Source: Bacteroidota bacterium (GTDB lineage: Bacteria; Bacteroidota; Ignavibacteria; Kryptoniales; JAKASW01). Taken from it: a DNA stretch of 64,000 nucleotides. The stretch is from NCBI GenBank assembly GCA_023480735.1, contig JAMCXB010000028.1, positions 280 to 64,279 of the forward strand, given 5' to 3'. The notes beneath the pieces are model-generated. The model worked only from the letters and a program-made list of their open reading frames with translations. It was not told where the DNA came from and ran no database searches. Within the stretch, counting starts at the first letter, position 1; each line of letters opens with the position of its first letter. This document shows positions 42,089 through 51,795 of the stretch, piece by piece. The position numbers and the translations under genes were made by a program.

Positions 42089-42412
42089 TTAGTCTTTCTT
42101 TAGTTTCCTCCAGAGCGTCGTCACATCGATTCCTAAGATGCGTGCGGCCCTCGCTTTATTACCCCCTGTCTGTCCCAGCACCTGTTCTATATAAGCGCAC
42201 TTCACATCCTCAAGTGTCGGATTCCCTTTTACCACAGGTTCAAAGGACTTCTTCCCCGCGTTCACAATTGAAGTCGGAAGATGCTCCGGGAGAATTCGCC
42301 CATCCGGACTCAATATTGCAGCCCTCTCAATCACGTTCTCCAATTCCCTGACATTTCCCGGCCAGTTGTATTCCTGGAGATAGTCGATGCTGCCGGCGCT
42401 GGAGGAATTGAT
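42089..42412 (-). pseudogene. sigma-54-dependent Fis-family regulator, C-terminal ~105 codons only
   Basis: ...YLQEYNWPGNVRELENVIERAAIL...GGNKARAARILGIDVTTLWRKLKK is the end of the AAA+ domain plus the Fis HTH. The receiver and Walker regions are absent. Confidence 0.75.
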
Positions 42413-43235
42413 CTCGGAATCCCCACTGCATATCCCGCTTGCCATTAAACTGATAAAGACTCTCGAGAGGGCGATCCCGGTTCCGGATATACTTCTCCTT
42501 TTCGAGACGGCGTTCTTTGTCGATCTTCCCATACAGGAACGGACTTATGCCTTGGATAACGAGTCTATGAAGATATTTGACGGAGCCCTAGATAGCATTA
42601 GAAGGTTCGGCTACCACGGCCTTTATCACCAGGCGGCTTATCGTAGAATCGGCCGGCAGCACAAAAATGCCGGCAGAGTCATTTCAATTTGTCTCGAACC
42701 TGTTCCGGAAGTTGTGGGCATATATGACGGCAAGCCCGTCTACGTCTCAGGCGGTTCCACTCCGATGGAAGGAATTCCCGGCAACACGACGTGCGGAGAG
42801 ATAGACCTGGGAATTTTGCTGCTTATCGAAGAGAAGAAAAATCTGGGACCGGAAATGATAAACGAGATGCTGACAAGGAACAGCGGCCTGACCGCCGTTG
42901 CCGGACAACAGGTCACGATTGAAGACATATTTGTAGATGAGGAAAAGTACAAGCCGGCGAGGAATCTCTTCGAATACAGAGTCCTTCTGAGTTGCGGAGC
43001 TGCCATAGCCCTGATGGGCGGCTATGATGCCATAGTATTTTCCGGGAAGTACGACCGTGCGGCCGAAAAACCATCAAAAGGGTTGACCGCCAGATTGGCA
43101 GGAGCGTCGTGGCACAAAGCCCGTCAAGGCTCCAGAACCGCAATTGCCGAAGGCGAATCAAAGCCCGTGCTCTATCTGCGTGACTCTTTGGACAAGATAA
43201 TTGCCGAAGATTATTGCGTCCTTGCGGACGGATAA
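42387..43235 (+). pseudogene. acetate/propionate kinase-like gene, 5'-truncated and divergent
   Basis: Aligns by eye to AckA from about residue 105 onward: SPLHIPLAI (PLHNP), LLFETAFFVDLP (VFDTAFHQTMP), RRFGYHGLYH (RRYGFHGTSH), TPMEGIPGNTTCGEIDL (TPLEGLxMGTRxGDIDP). The N-terminal ~100 aa are missing and several catalytic positions are substituted. Confidence 0.65.
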
Positions 43236-43559
43236 CGTAGCAAGAGTCTCGCTCAAAGATTCCGGTTCCGTCCAGAATCCGTTCAGCTTATAACCGTACA
43301 GATTTACAGCTTCTTGAAAGTCTCCGGTTGCATCCGGCCAGCGAGCGGTCCAATGTCGCTTTTAAACCTCGCGGGTGGTGCAGAGCCGCCCGGCTTCTGT
43401 GGATTCTTTATTTTGTTAATCGTCGAGATGTAGCCTGTGGGTGCAGATGAGTCAAGGAATTAAATAGCCTCGGGTTGGCGCGACATATCCGTTGAGTTTG
43501 AGGGTCTTGATGTTCGTGTTCGCTCCAGGTTGCTGACGATGGATTGGCGCCGGCGAGAG

Positions 43560-43859
43560 CTATACGATGCGTTCGAGTGGCACCTGGAACAGTCTGATGT
43601 GATCGTCCGGCCTCGGAATTTCCTCGTTGGCCTCGGTGATCTCCTGGACGAGCAAATCGAGCGTGGCTTCCTCCTCGAACGCGATCATGTAGACGGCGTT
43701 CGTGCCGGGGAAACTGCGAGTGTCGAGATGGGGGTCAGTACCGTGACCCTTCCCCTTCACATGTTCCCAGCGGGTATAGTAATCGATCTTGGCCTCGTCG
43801 AGCAGCTTCATCACCCGCGGCGAAACCACCTCATTGCAGACCAGAAAAGCGACTTTCAT
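43560..43859 (-). CDS. PG0541-family transporter-associated protein (P-II-like fold)
   Basis: ATG at 43859 with an AAGGAG SD. 99 aa, MKVAFLVCNE...VKGKGHGTDPHL...FPGTNAVYMIAFEE. It is the last gene of the RND operon, where this family typically sits. Confidence 0.7.
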   Translation of the reverse strand: MKVAFLVCNEVVSPRVMKLLDEAKIDYYTRWEHVKGKGHGTDPHLDTRSFPGTNAVYMIAFEEEATLDLLVQEITEANEEIPRPDDHIRLFQVPLERIV

Positions 43860-43916
43860 ACGTTCTCCTTGCCCTAGGAAAAGAAAGAACACAGAAGACA
43901 CTGAACAAACGGATCA

Positions 43917-44306
43917 TCACGGCTCATGTCTTTTCTTCCTGTCGTTCGTGAATATCTTTCTCTTGAACTCAGGCTTCTTTCCAAAATTCAGCAAGAGTCC
44001 AACTTCAATATCGGTGGCCCTAAGATAATTGATCAATTGTGCTTCATGCTCCTCCCGCAGACGCTCTCCCGCTTTCAATTCGACAATTACGGCGATGTTA
44101 ACTAACAAGTCTGCATAGTAATCTCCAACCTCAACGCCCTTGTAGAAAACTTTGGTGTTCTTCTCTTGCTCAACATGGCACCCCACGTTTGTCAGTTCAA
44201 TTGCCATTGCGTTTCTATAGACTTTCTCAAGGAATCCTGATCCAAGCGTGTTATAGACCTTGTAGAACGCTTCGATGATCTTATTTGTTATTTCTTCGTG
44301 TAGCAT
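43917..44306 (-). CDS. GxxExxY protein (PD-(D/E)XK nuclease-fold family)
   Basis: ...GSGFLEKVYRNAMAIEL...ADLLVNIAVIVELKA...QLINYLRATDIEVGLLLNFG. Its ATG directly abuts the RND stop (TAA-ATG). Confidence 0.9.
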   Translation of the reverse strand: MLHEEITNKIIEAFYKVYNTLGSGFLEKVYRNAMAIELTNVGCHVEQEKNTKVFYKGVEVGDYYADLLVNIAVIVELKAGERLREEHEAQLINYLRATDIEVGLLLNFGKKPEFKRKIFTNDRKKRHEP

Positions 44307-47300
44307 TTATAAACGTCCGTGGAGATTCGTACTTTCCGTGTAATCAGTGTTCTGTTTTCTCCTCAGCACTTTCCCGAGGTCATCCAAAATTGAGTATACG
44401 ACCGGCACTACGAACAGTGTCAGCAGTGTCGATGTTATCAGTCCGCCTATCACCGCCTGTCCCATCGGCGCGCGGAACTCGCTTCCCTCGCTGACTGCGA
44501 ACGCGACTGGCACCATTCCGAATATCATCGCAAATGTAGTCATCAGTATGGGCCGCAACCTGGTTGCGCCGGCATTGATCAAAGCCTCCGTTCTTTCCTG
44601 TCCGCGGTCGCGGAGAACATTCGCATAGTCAACCAGCAGGATTCCGTTCTTGGTCACCAAACCCATCAGCATGATTATTCCGATCATCGACATCATTGAT
44701 ACGGCGCTGCCGAACACCAGCAGTCCGAGAACGGCGCCGATCAGCGACATAGGTAGCGCAAGCATGATCGCAAACGGGTAGGTGAAACTCTCAAACTGCG
44801 CCGCAAGGACGATATACACGAATATAACGGCCAGGGCGAGCGACAGGAGTATGTTCATGAAGGATTCCGATTGCATCTGTCCCTCCCCGACGACACCGAC
44901 ATTGTAACCCGGAGGGAGGACGAGCCGGTCTGTTCTGCGCTGCACATCTCCCAAAACCTCCCCGAGCAGCCGCCCGGAGAGATTCGCGTCGACTCTAATC
45001 TCGCGCTGACGGTCGAACCGGTTGATCTGAGAAGGGCCGGAACTCTGGCGTATGTCCGCGACATAACTCACCGGCACGAGAAGGTTTTCTCCGTTGCCCA
45101 TTGCCTTGTTGCTCTTGACCATCAGGTTGTTCACGTTCTCAAGCGTAGTCCTGTCTTGTTTCCTCAGCCTGACGCGGACGTCGTACTGCTCGTCGCCTTC
45201 CTGGTACTTTGTAGCCACGTAGCCGTCGACGAGCGCACGTGCAGTCGTGGCGATCTGCGCGACATTGACTCCGAGATCGGAAGCCTTGTCCCGGTCGATG
45301 CGGATCCTCACCTCCGGCTTCGAAGTCTCCAGGCTGTTCTCGATGTCGACGGTACCCTGAGTCGTACGCACGATGTTCTCGACACGATCGGCTATTGACT
45401 TCAGCGTCGTCATGTTATCTCCACGGACGCTCATCACCACCGGCTTCTGGTTTCCGCCGGGGCCACCCTGGGTAGCGTAGGAAATATTTGCCCCCGGGGT
45501 GTTCTTCAATTCTGCCCGGAGATAGTTCATGATTTGCCAGACGCTCCGCTTTCGTTTATCCTTCTTCACCAGCTTAACGAGAATATTCCCCGTCGTAACC
45601 GGGTCGTTCCCCGCACCTATTGTCAACAGCGTTGTAGTGACTTCGGGTTGTTTTCGGAGAACGGATTCGACATCGGCGCCTATAAGAGCCGTCTGTTCCA
45701 GCGAGCTTCCGGGAGCCGCGGTTATCCCTATGTTGAACTCGCTTTCATCCGTGTCCGGGAAGAAGGAAGTTCCGAGCAGCCCCATCAGAAAGAAACTTGA
45801 AACGAAAACGGCAAGCGACCCGAAGACGACGGTCTTTCGGTGATGCAGCGACCAGGAGATCGCCTTCCTGTATTTCTGGCTCAGGATTTGGAAGAAATGA
45901 TTGAAATAATACAGCCCTCGTCGGAGGACCGACCCCCTGTTTGCTAATTCCTCATCTGCGGCGCTGAGCCACCGTGAGGAAAGCATCGGGGTAAGCGTGA
46001 ATGCGACAAACAGCGATACCAGCACCGCAGCCGACACCGTTATACCGAACTGGTAGAAGAATCGTCCTACAAGACCCGGAGTGAAGGCAATCGGCACGAA
46101 GACCGCCACGATAGTGAACGTGGTTGCCATTACTGCAAGCCCGATCTCCGCGGTTGCCGCCTTTGCAGCTTCCATCGGCGTCTCGCCCTGCTGCATGTGC
46201 CGGAATATATTCTCTATCACTACGATCGCGTCGTCTATCAGCAAGCCGACGGCCAGCGACAGCGCCAGGAGCGAAACCATGTTCAGCGTGAAGTTGAGGG
46301 CATACATTATTATGAAGCTTGCAATGATGGATGTGGGAAGTGCGATCGCGCTGATTATCGTCGACCGCAAGTTAGCGAGGAACAGAAAAACGACTATAAC
46401 AGCGAGCAGCCCTCCGTAAGAGATATCGAACAGAACGTCGTTCACCTCTTCGACTATGAACGTGCTGTTGTCCTGGGCGACTGTAATCTTCAGGTCGGGC
46501 GGAATCTCCTTTTCCAGCGCGTTGAGCTCCTTCTGGATTGCCTGTGCGACACGAACCGTGTTGCTCCCCGATTGCTTCAATATGCTCAGGCCCACCGCGC
46601 TTTTTCCGTTGACGCGCGTGAGACTCGTCTGCTCCTTTACGCCGTCGACCACCTGCGCGACGTCGGAAAGGTAAACGGGTTTGCCTTCCGCTGTTGCCAC
46701 TATCACCCTATTGAAGTCATTCACGTTTGTATATTTCCCCATCGTGCGGAGAAGCATCTGGCGCGGGCCCTGAGTAAGGTTTCCGGCCGGGACTTCGACG
46801 TTTGAAGAAGCCACCGCCTGGATGACATCGTTGATTGACAGACCGTATGCCGCAAGCCTTCCCGCATCTACCGCAATTTGTATCTCCCTTTCCGCGCCGC
46901 CGACGAGATCGACGCGTCCCACGCCGGGAACATTTTCCAGACGTTTCCTGATGACATTCTTGGTAAATGTGGTTATCTCCTTATCCGAGCGGGGCCCGGA
47001 GACTGTAAGCGTGAACATCGGCATGCTTGCGGGGTCGATTCTCTGGATGACCGGCTCCTCGAGATCGGTGGGAAGGTCGGCCCGGACCGCCGCGATCTTT
47101 TCACGTACTTTCTGTGCTGCCTGCTGCCCGTCGATCTCCAGCTTGAACTGGATTATGACGAACGAGACACCCTCTCTTGAAATTGAAGTGATGTGCTCGA
47201 TGCCGCCGATTGTGTTTACGGCATCCTCGATTTTCTTAGTAACGTCCGTCTCCATCTGTTCGGGACCTGCACCGGGGAGGACACTAGTCACCGTGACGTA

Positions 47301-47429
47301 CGGAAAATCTATGTCGGGGAACTGGTCGATGTTAAGTTTTATGAAAGAAAACAACCCGAGCACGATGAGCGCGAGGATCATCATCGTGGCAAAGACGGGT
47401 CGTTCGATGGATGTATCGGCAAGTTTCAT
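44307..47429 (-). CDS. efflux RND transporter permease subunit
   Basis: 1040 aa. N-terminus MKLADTSIERPVFATMMILALIV, 12-TM AcrB-like architecture. Confidence 0.97.
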   Translation of the reverse strand: MKLADTSIERPVFATMMILALIVLGLFSFIKLNIDQFPDIDFPYVTVTSVLPGAGPEQMETDVTKKIEDAVNTIGGIEHITSISREGVSFVIIQFKLEIDGQQAAQKVREKIAAVRADLPTDLEEPVIQRIDPASMPMFTLTVSGPRSDKEITTFTKNVIRKRLENVPGVGRVDLVGGAEREIQIAVDAGRLAAYGLSINDVIQAVASSNVEVPAGNLTQGPRQMLLRTMGKYTNVNDFNRVIVATAEGKPVYLSDVAQVVDGVKEQTSLTRVNGKSAVGLSILKQSGSNTVRVAQAIQKELNALEKEIPPDLKITVAQDNSTFIVEEVNDVLFDISYGGLLAVIVVFLFLANLRSTIISAIALPTSIIASFIIMYALNFTLNMVSLLALSLAVGLLIDDAIVVIENIFRHMQQGETPMEAAKAATAEIGLAVMATTFTIVAVFVPIAFTPGLVGRFFYQFGITVSAAVLVSLFVAFTLTPMLSSRWLSAADEELANRGSVLRRGLYYFNHFFQILSQKYRKAISWSLHHRKTVVFGSLAVFVSSFFLMGLLGTSFFPDTDESEFNIGITAAPGSSLEQTALIGADVESVLRKQPEVTTTLLTIGAGNDPVTTGNILVKLVKKDKRKRSVWQIMNYLRAELKNTPGANISYATQGGPGGNQKPVVMSVRGDNMTTLKSIADRVENIVRTTQGTVDIENSLETSKPEVRIRIDRDKASDLGVNVAQIATTARALVDGYVATKYQEGDEQYDVRVRLRKQDRTTLENVNNLMVKSNKAMGNGENLLVPVSYVADIRQSSGPSQINRFDRQREIRVDANLSGRLLGEVLGDVQRRTDRLVLPPGYNVGVVGEGQMQSESFMNILLSLALAVIFVYIVLAAQFESFTYPFAIMLALPMSLIGAVLGLLVFGSAVSMMSMIGIIMLMGLVTKNGILLVDYANVLRDRGQERTEALINAGATRLRPILMTTFAMIFGMVPVAFAVSEGSEFRAPMGQAVIGGLITSTLLTLFVVPVVYSILDDLGKVLRRKQNTDYTESTNLHGRL

Positions 47430-48010
47430 GTCTTGTTTCTCCCCCGCGTCGAGTAAGAAAGCTTCGGTTCTCTTACCTGGAAGCCGATCGGCCTCTTCGG
47501 TTTCTCGGGCGGTCTTAATATCTCACGAATGGCTTCGAATACGACTTTGAACTGCGCGTCGTATTTTCTCTCAAGCTCATCGAGCCTGCGCGTGAGTTTG
47601 TCATTCGAGGCGAGCATCTCCCGCATCCTGACGAAGGTCCGCATGATTGAGATATTGGCTTGGATTGCTCTCTCGCTTTTCAGAACGCTTGAAAGCATGA
47701 GAATTCCATGCTCTGTAAATGCAAACGGGCGATACTTGATATGTTCACCCCTCTTTAAGGTCACAAATTGTGACCTTAAACGGCTGGCCGCGACATGCTT
47801 CCACCATGCTCTCGCTTCTTCCATGGTGAGCCGGAACATAAAATCATCGGGGAAACGTTCACTGTTTCGTTTGACAGCCTGATTCAGGACTTTCACGGGC
47901 ACGTTGTACAACGAAGCGAGATCTCTGTCCAGCATTACTTTCTGGCCGCGAATCAACAGGATAGAACTCTCGATTCTCTCGGCAGGAATCAGTGATTTCT
48001 CATTTGCCAT
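47426..48010 (-). CDS. ORF6N domain-containing protein (KilA-N-related DNA-binding domain plus C-terminal coiled coil)
   Basis: IESSILLIRGQKVMLDRDLASLYNVPVKVLNQAVKRNSERFPDDFMFRLT...FAFTEHGILMLSSVL. It overlaps the MFP gene by 11 nt and the RND gene by 4 nt (ATGA). Confidence 0.9.
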   Translation of the reverse strand: MANEKSLIPAERIESSILLIRGQKVMLDRDLASLYNVPVKVLNQAVKRNSERFPDDFMFRLTMEEARAWWKHVAASRLRSQFVTLKRGEHIKYRPFAFTEHGILMLSSVLKSERAIQANISIMRTFVRMREMLASNDKLTRRLDELERKYDAQFKVVFEAIREILRPPEKPKRPIGFQVREPKLSYSTRGRNKT

Positions 48011-49073
48011 TCTCGTCTCCGAGTCTAGCTATGCTGACGTAGCCGCTGTCGCGGGCGCTGGTTGCACCTGTTGTGATTACAGTGTCACGCTCCTCAAGAC
48101 CGTCCAGCACCTCGAACATGGTTCCGTCGGTTAGTCCGGTCCGGACCGCGCGTTGGAATGATCGTCCGTTGCGAACGATGAATACCCGGTTGGTAACGCC
48201 GTCACTTATTATTGAAGCCGCGGGGACAACCAGTGGTTTATCATGTGACGAAACCGCCACGTTGACGCGGCAGAACATTCCCGGTCTGAACCAGTTGTCG
48301 GCTGTGTTTCTGAACAGCGCCTTCATCTTGAACGTTCGGGAGCGCACATCGGCGGACTTGGAAAGTTGGACGATCTCGCCTGTTATCTTTACGTCAGGAC
48401 GTGCCTCCGAATAGACTTGTACTTTCTGGCCCAGCGAGAGACTGCCGAGGTCTGTTTCGCTTACATCGAAGTCTACCTTCATCCTGCCGATCTTTGCGAC
48501 GGTAATCAAAACTTCTCCCGGCGCGGTCAAATCTCCTGCACTCACGTTGACTGCTGTGACTATTCCCGGGATCGGCGTTGTAAGCTCCACTGCGCTCTTT
48601 GCCGCATCGAAGTTGGCTCTCGCTACATCATAAGCCGTTTGTGCGCCATCGAGGGTCTGCTGTGAAATTGCGCCTTCCTGGTAAAGCGCCTTCATTCGTT
48701 CGTATGTCTTCTCGGCGTTGCTGAATGCGGCCTGTGCCTGATAATATTGTGATGTCGCTCCGCTCTTGTCCAATACTATCAGAACCTGTCCGGCCTTCAC
48801 TGATTCACCGACCCTGGCATTGATTGCCGTGATTCGCTCCGAAATCTTCGGGACGACATTTGCCTGTTCCTCACCTTCGAGTGTGCCGGAGTATTCCTTC
48901 GTAACCGAAAGACGCTGCCGGTGGACAACCGCAATTTCGACCGGGATGGTGGAGTACGAAAGGTTTCCCGATTGTTTTTCAGCGTTGGGGGATTTACCGC
49001 ATCCCGAAAGAAGTGCGGCACTCATGGAAATAATCAATAAACCGGTATTCAGAGAATAAAATTTCTTAGTCAA
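48000..49073 (-). CDS. efflux RND transporter periplasmic adaptor subunit
   Basis: Lipoprotein signal ...MSAALLSGC, followed by HlyD-like barrel-sandwich and hairpin regions. Confidence 0.93.
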   Translation of the reverse strand: MTKKFYSLNTGLLIISMSAALLSGCGKSPNAEKQSGNLSYSTIPVEIAVVHRQRLSVTKEYSGTLEGEEQANVVPKISERITAINARVGESVKAGQVLIVLDKSGATSQYYQAQAAFSNAEKTYERMKALYQEGAISQQTLDGAQTAYDVARANFDAAKSAVELTTPIPGIVTAVNVSAGDLTAPGEVLITVAKIGRMKVDFDVSETDLGSLSLGQKVQVYSEARPDVKITGEIVQLSKSADVRSRTFKMKALFRNTADNWFRPGMFCRVNVAVSSHDKPLVVPAASIISDGVTNRVFIVRNGRSFQRAVRTGLTDGTMFEVLDGLEERDTVITTGATSARDSGYVSIARLGDENGK

Positions 49074-49207
49074 CTTTAGCCTCCTGTGTGTCCTGAATCA
49101 TGTCGCTTCACATGTACAAAGTTCGAACAACCCGAACACGGTTGACAGCTTGATCTTCGAACCCGCGAACATCCGCTTCATACGTGCCCTCCGTCTGCCG
49201 TCTTTAT

Positions 49208-50578
49208 TCAGCGTTCTCTTCCGACGGCGTAATCCCAGTCTGCTTTGGAGACGAGGTAATCGTAAATCGCCTGCGCGTAATTCGTTTGCGCGAGAGTCAT
49301 AGCAACCTGTGCGTCGAGAAGCTCCAGTTGAGTGCCGACACCGCTCCTAAAACGAGTTTCCGCAATCGACACTGCCCTCTTTGCCTGCTCGATGTTCTTC
49401 TCCTGTCCCCCGATGCGCCTCCTGGCTTCGTTCATCTTCAGCCTCGCGGACTGGACTTGAATAGCAAGACCCTCTTCGGCTTTCAAGCGCGTGTACTGCA
49501 CCTTTCTCAATTCCACCCTGGCTTGTTCGACGCGGGCCGGCGTGCGCAAGCCGTCGAATATGTTCCATGACACCGTAACTCCGACGTTCATAATCTTTGC
49601 CCAGAGGTAATTGCCGAATTGAAACGTGTTGTCCTGTGACTGCCACTGGTATGCGCCGAATACGTAAACCGAGGGGAAGTATCCTGACTGCTCAATAGTG
49701 ATGTTCTTGTCAAGCATCGTTTCCTGGAAGGCAAGCTGCTGGAGTCCCGGATTTCTTCTCAACGCGTTGCGTGCGCCCTCGTCGAGCGCCTGCTGCGGAA
49801 TGTCCTCAAACGTAAAGTCTCCGCGTACGACGATATTGCTGTCCAGCGGTATCGAGAGGAGACTTTTCAGCCCGTTGACCGCAAGAACCAGATTGTTTTC
49901 CATCGAGATGACTGTCGGTTCGGTGTTAGCGACCTGCACTTCCGCCCGGAGCAGATCGAACTCCGCGGCCTGGCCGTGCTTGTAAAGCGCCTGAACGTTT
50001 TCATAATTCGCCTTCACCACTTCGAGCCCCTGGCGATTTGCCTCCACCAGCTTCTTCATTAACAGGACACCGTAGAAGGCCTTCTTTACCTGCAGAACCA
50101 CATTCTGCTTTGCCGACTCATATCCAGCTTCAGAAAGGTCTTTGTATGTGGTTGCGATGTCGAGCGCAACGCCGACCTGCCTGCTGTAGAGCGCCTGTGT
50201 GAGCGTCGCCCCTCCCTGGTAGGAATTGTTGGAGCCGATTGCAAAAGAGATAGTGGAACTAGTCGGGTTAAACGGGGGAGAGTTCGCCGGAAGGAAGATT
50301 ACCGGAAGCTTGATGTTCCTCATGTACTGTGCGGAGAATGAGAGTTGAGGAAAAGCTCCGGATCTTGCTTCGGCTATCTGTGCATCCGCTTTGTAGCGGT
50401 CCTGGTTGGCGATCAGAACGTCCCTGTTTTGTTCGAGAGCTATGGAGATAGCCTTGTCGAGTGTCAGGACGAGTCCTGGACGCTCCTGCGCGACAGATAC
50501 CTTTATGAGGAATACAGCCGCGATAAATTGAGCCGCGGCCATAACTAGCCCGCATTTGCCTACTTTCATGATTCGCAT
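49208..50578 (-). CDS. TolC family outer membrane efflux protein
   Basis: 456 aa with a signal peptide and the two-repeat structure typical of TolC (LTLDKAISIALEQNRD...). Confidence 0.9.
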   Translation of the reverse strand: MRIMKVGKCGLVMAAAQFIAAVFLIKVSVAQERPGLVLTLDKAISIALEQNRDVLIANQDRYKADAQIAEARSGAFPQLSFSAQYMRNIKLPVIFLPANSPPFNPTSSTISFAIGSNNSYQGGATLTQALYSRQVGVALDIATTYKDLSEAGYESAKQNVVLQVKKAFYGVLLMKKLVEANRQGLEVVKANYENVQALYKHGQAAEFDLLRAEVQVANTEPTVISMENNLVLAVNGLKSLLSIPLDSNIVVRGDFTFEDIPQQALDEGARNALRRNPGLQQLAFQETMLDKNITIEQSGYFPSVYVFGAYQWQSQDNTFQFGNYLWAKIMNVGVTVSWNIFDGLRTPARVEQARVELRKVQYTRLKAEEGLAIQVQSARLKMNEARRRIGGQEKNIEQAKRAVSIAETRFRSGVGTQLELLDAQVAMTLAQTNYAQAIYDYLVSKADWDYAVGRER

Positions 50579-50989
50579 GCCCTAACGTTTGATACAACTA
50601 TATAACGTATTGTGAAATTTGGGACTTAAGCCGCCTGACGATGACCGATTAGCTGCCCTGAAATTCAAAAACGACAGTTCGTCCTACGGAGGCACGACTT
50701 CCGTGTTACGACGACCGTCGATATCTAAGCTAAAAAGGGGGAATGTGAGATTCAAGGAAGGTCGATTTGCGGTACCGGGCTAGTTTGAATTGTGAAGCAA
50801 AGGGAAGATCCGAACACCGTGAAGGTTACTCAGGTCTCCAACACATACAACCTTTGAAACGAAAATCTTCGCAGGGTTTGTGGCGCTCCTAAATCCGAAT
50901 AACCCATTACTGGATTTGCAGTCTGCTTGCGCATCAATCTATCTCGCCTTATTTTCTTGGAACGAACTCGCACTTGGTAGGAGGACTAT

Positions 50990-51694
50990 ATGAAAACCCT
51001 GGGCCTAATCGGCGGCACCAGTTGGGTCTCCACCGTCGATTACTACAAAGTCATAAACCAGCAGGTCAACGAGCGGCTCGGCGGACTCAATTCCGCGAAG
51101 CTGCTCCTTTACTCCGTTAACCAACAGAAATTCAGACCAGCCACCGATGCGTCGGGCCTGGAGGCGTTCGCGGGGTATTTGACAGGGATCGCGAAACGGC
51201 TCGAAGCGGCCGGCGCCGAGTGTCTCATTCTCTGCGCGAACACGCCGCACATGGCGGCCGACTTGATCCAGGCAAAAATCGGAATTCCGCTCATCCACAT
51301 TGCGGATGTGACGTCGAAAGCAATACTGAAGCAAAATATAAAGAAGGTCGGCCTCCTCGGTACGAAGATGACAATGGAACAGAATTTCTATAAAGACAGG
51401 CTGGCCAAGTTCGGAATTGAGACACTCGTTCCGGAAGAGTCAGATCGCGAGTATATTCACAGGACCATAATGACGGAATTGGAAAAGGCGACACTCAGGG
51501 ACGACACCAGGAAGAGGTATCTGGAAATAATCGACGGGCTTGTAAAGCGGGGAGCGGAAGGCATCATACTCGGCTGTACGGAGATACCGCTTCTTATCAA
51601 ACAGTCGGATTGCACCGTCCCTGTCTTCGACACGACGACTCTGCACGCGATCGCAGCGGTTGAATTTGCACTCTCGGATGAAGCGGGGAAGTAG
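50990..51694 (+). CDS. aspartate/glutamate racemase family protein
   Basis: MKTLGLIGGTSWVSTVDYYKVINQ...ILCANTPHM...ILGCTEIPLL, carrying the two catalytic Cys motifs. Confidence 0.9.
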   Translation: MKTLGLIGGTSWVSTVDYYKVINQQVNERLGGLNSAKLLLYSVNQQKFRPATDASGLEAFAGYLTGIAKRLEAAGAECLILCANTPHMAADLIQAKIGIPLIHIADVTSKAILKQNIKKVGLLGTKMTMEQNFYKDRLAKFGIETLVPEESDREYIHRTIMTELEKATLRDDTRKRYLEIIDGLVKRGAEGIILGCTEIPLLIKQSDCTVPVFDTTTLHAIAAVEFALSDEAGK

Positions 51695-51795
51695 CTTCCT
51701 TAAAGACACATTTATTGCTCCTCCAGAATAGAATCAGAATCTCGGCGCTTGAATTCGGGCGTGACGACTAATATTTTTGTGCGGTCGGGGAAGCT

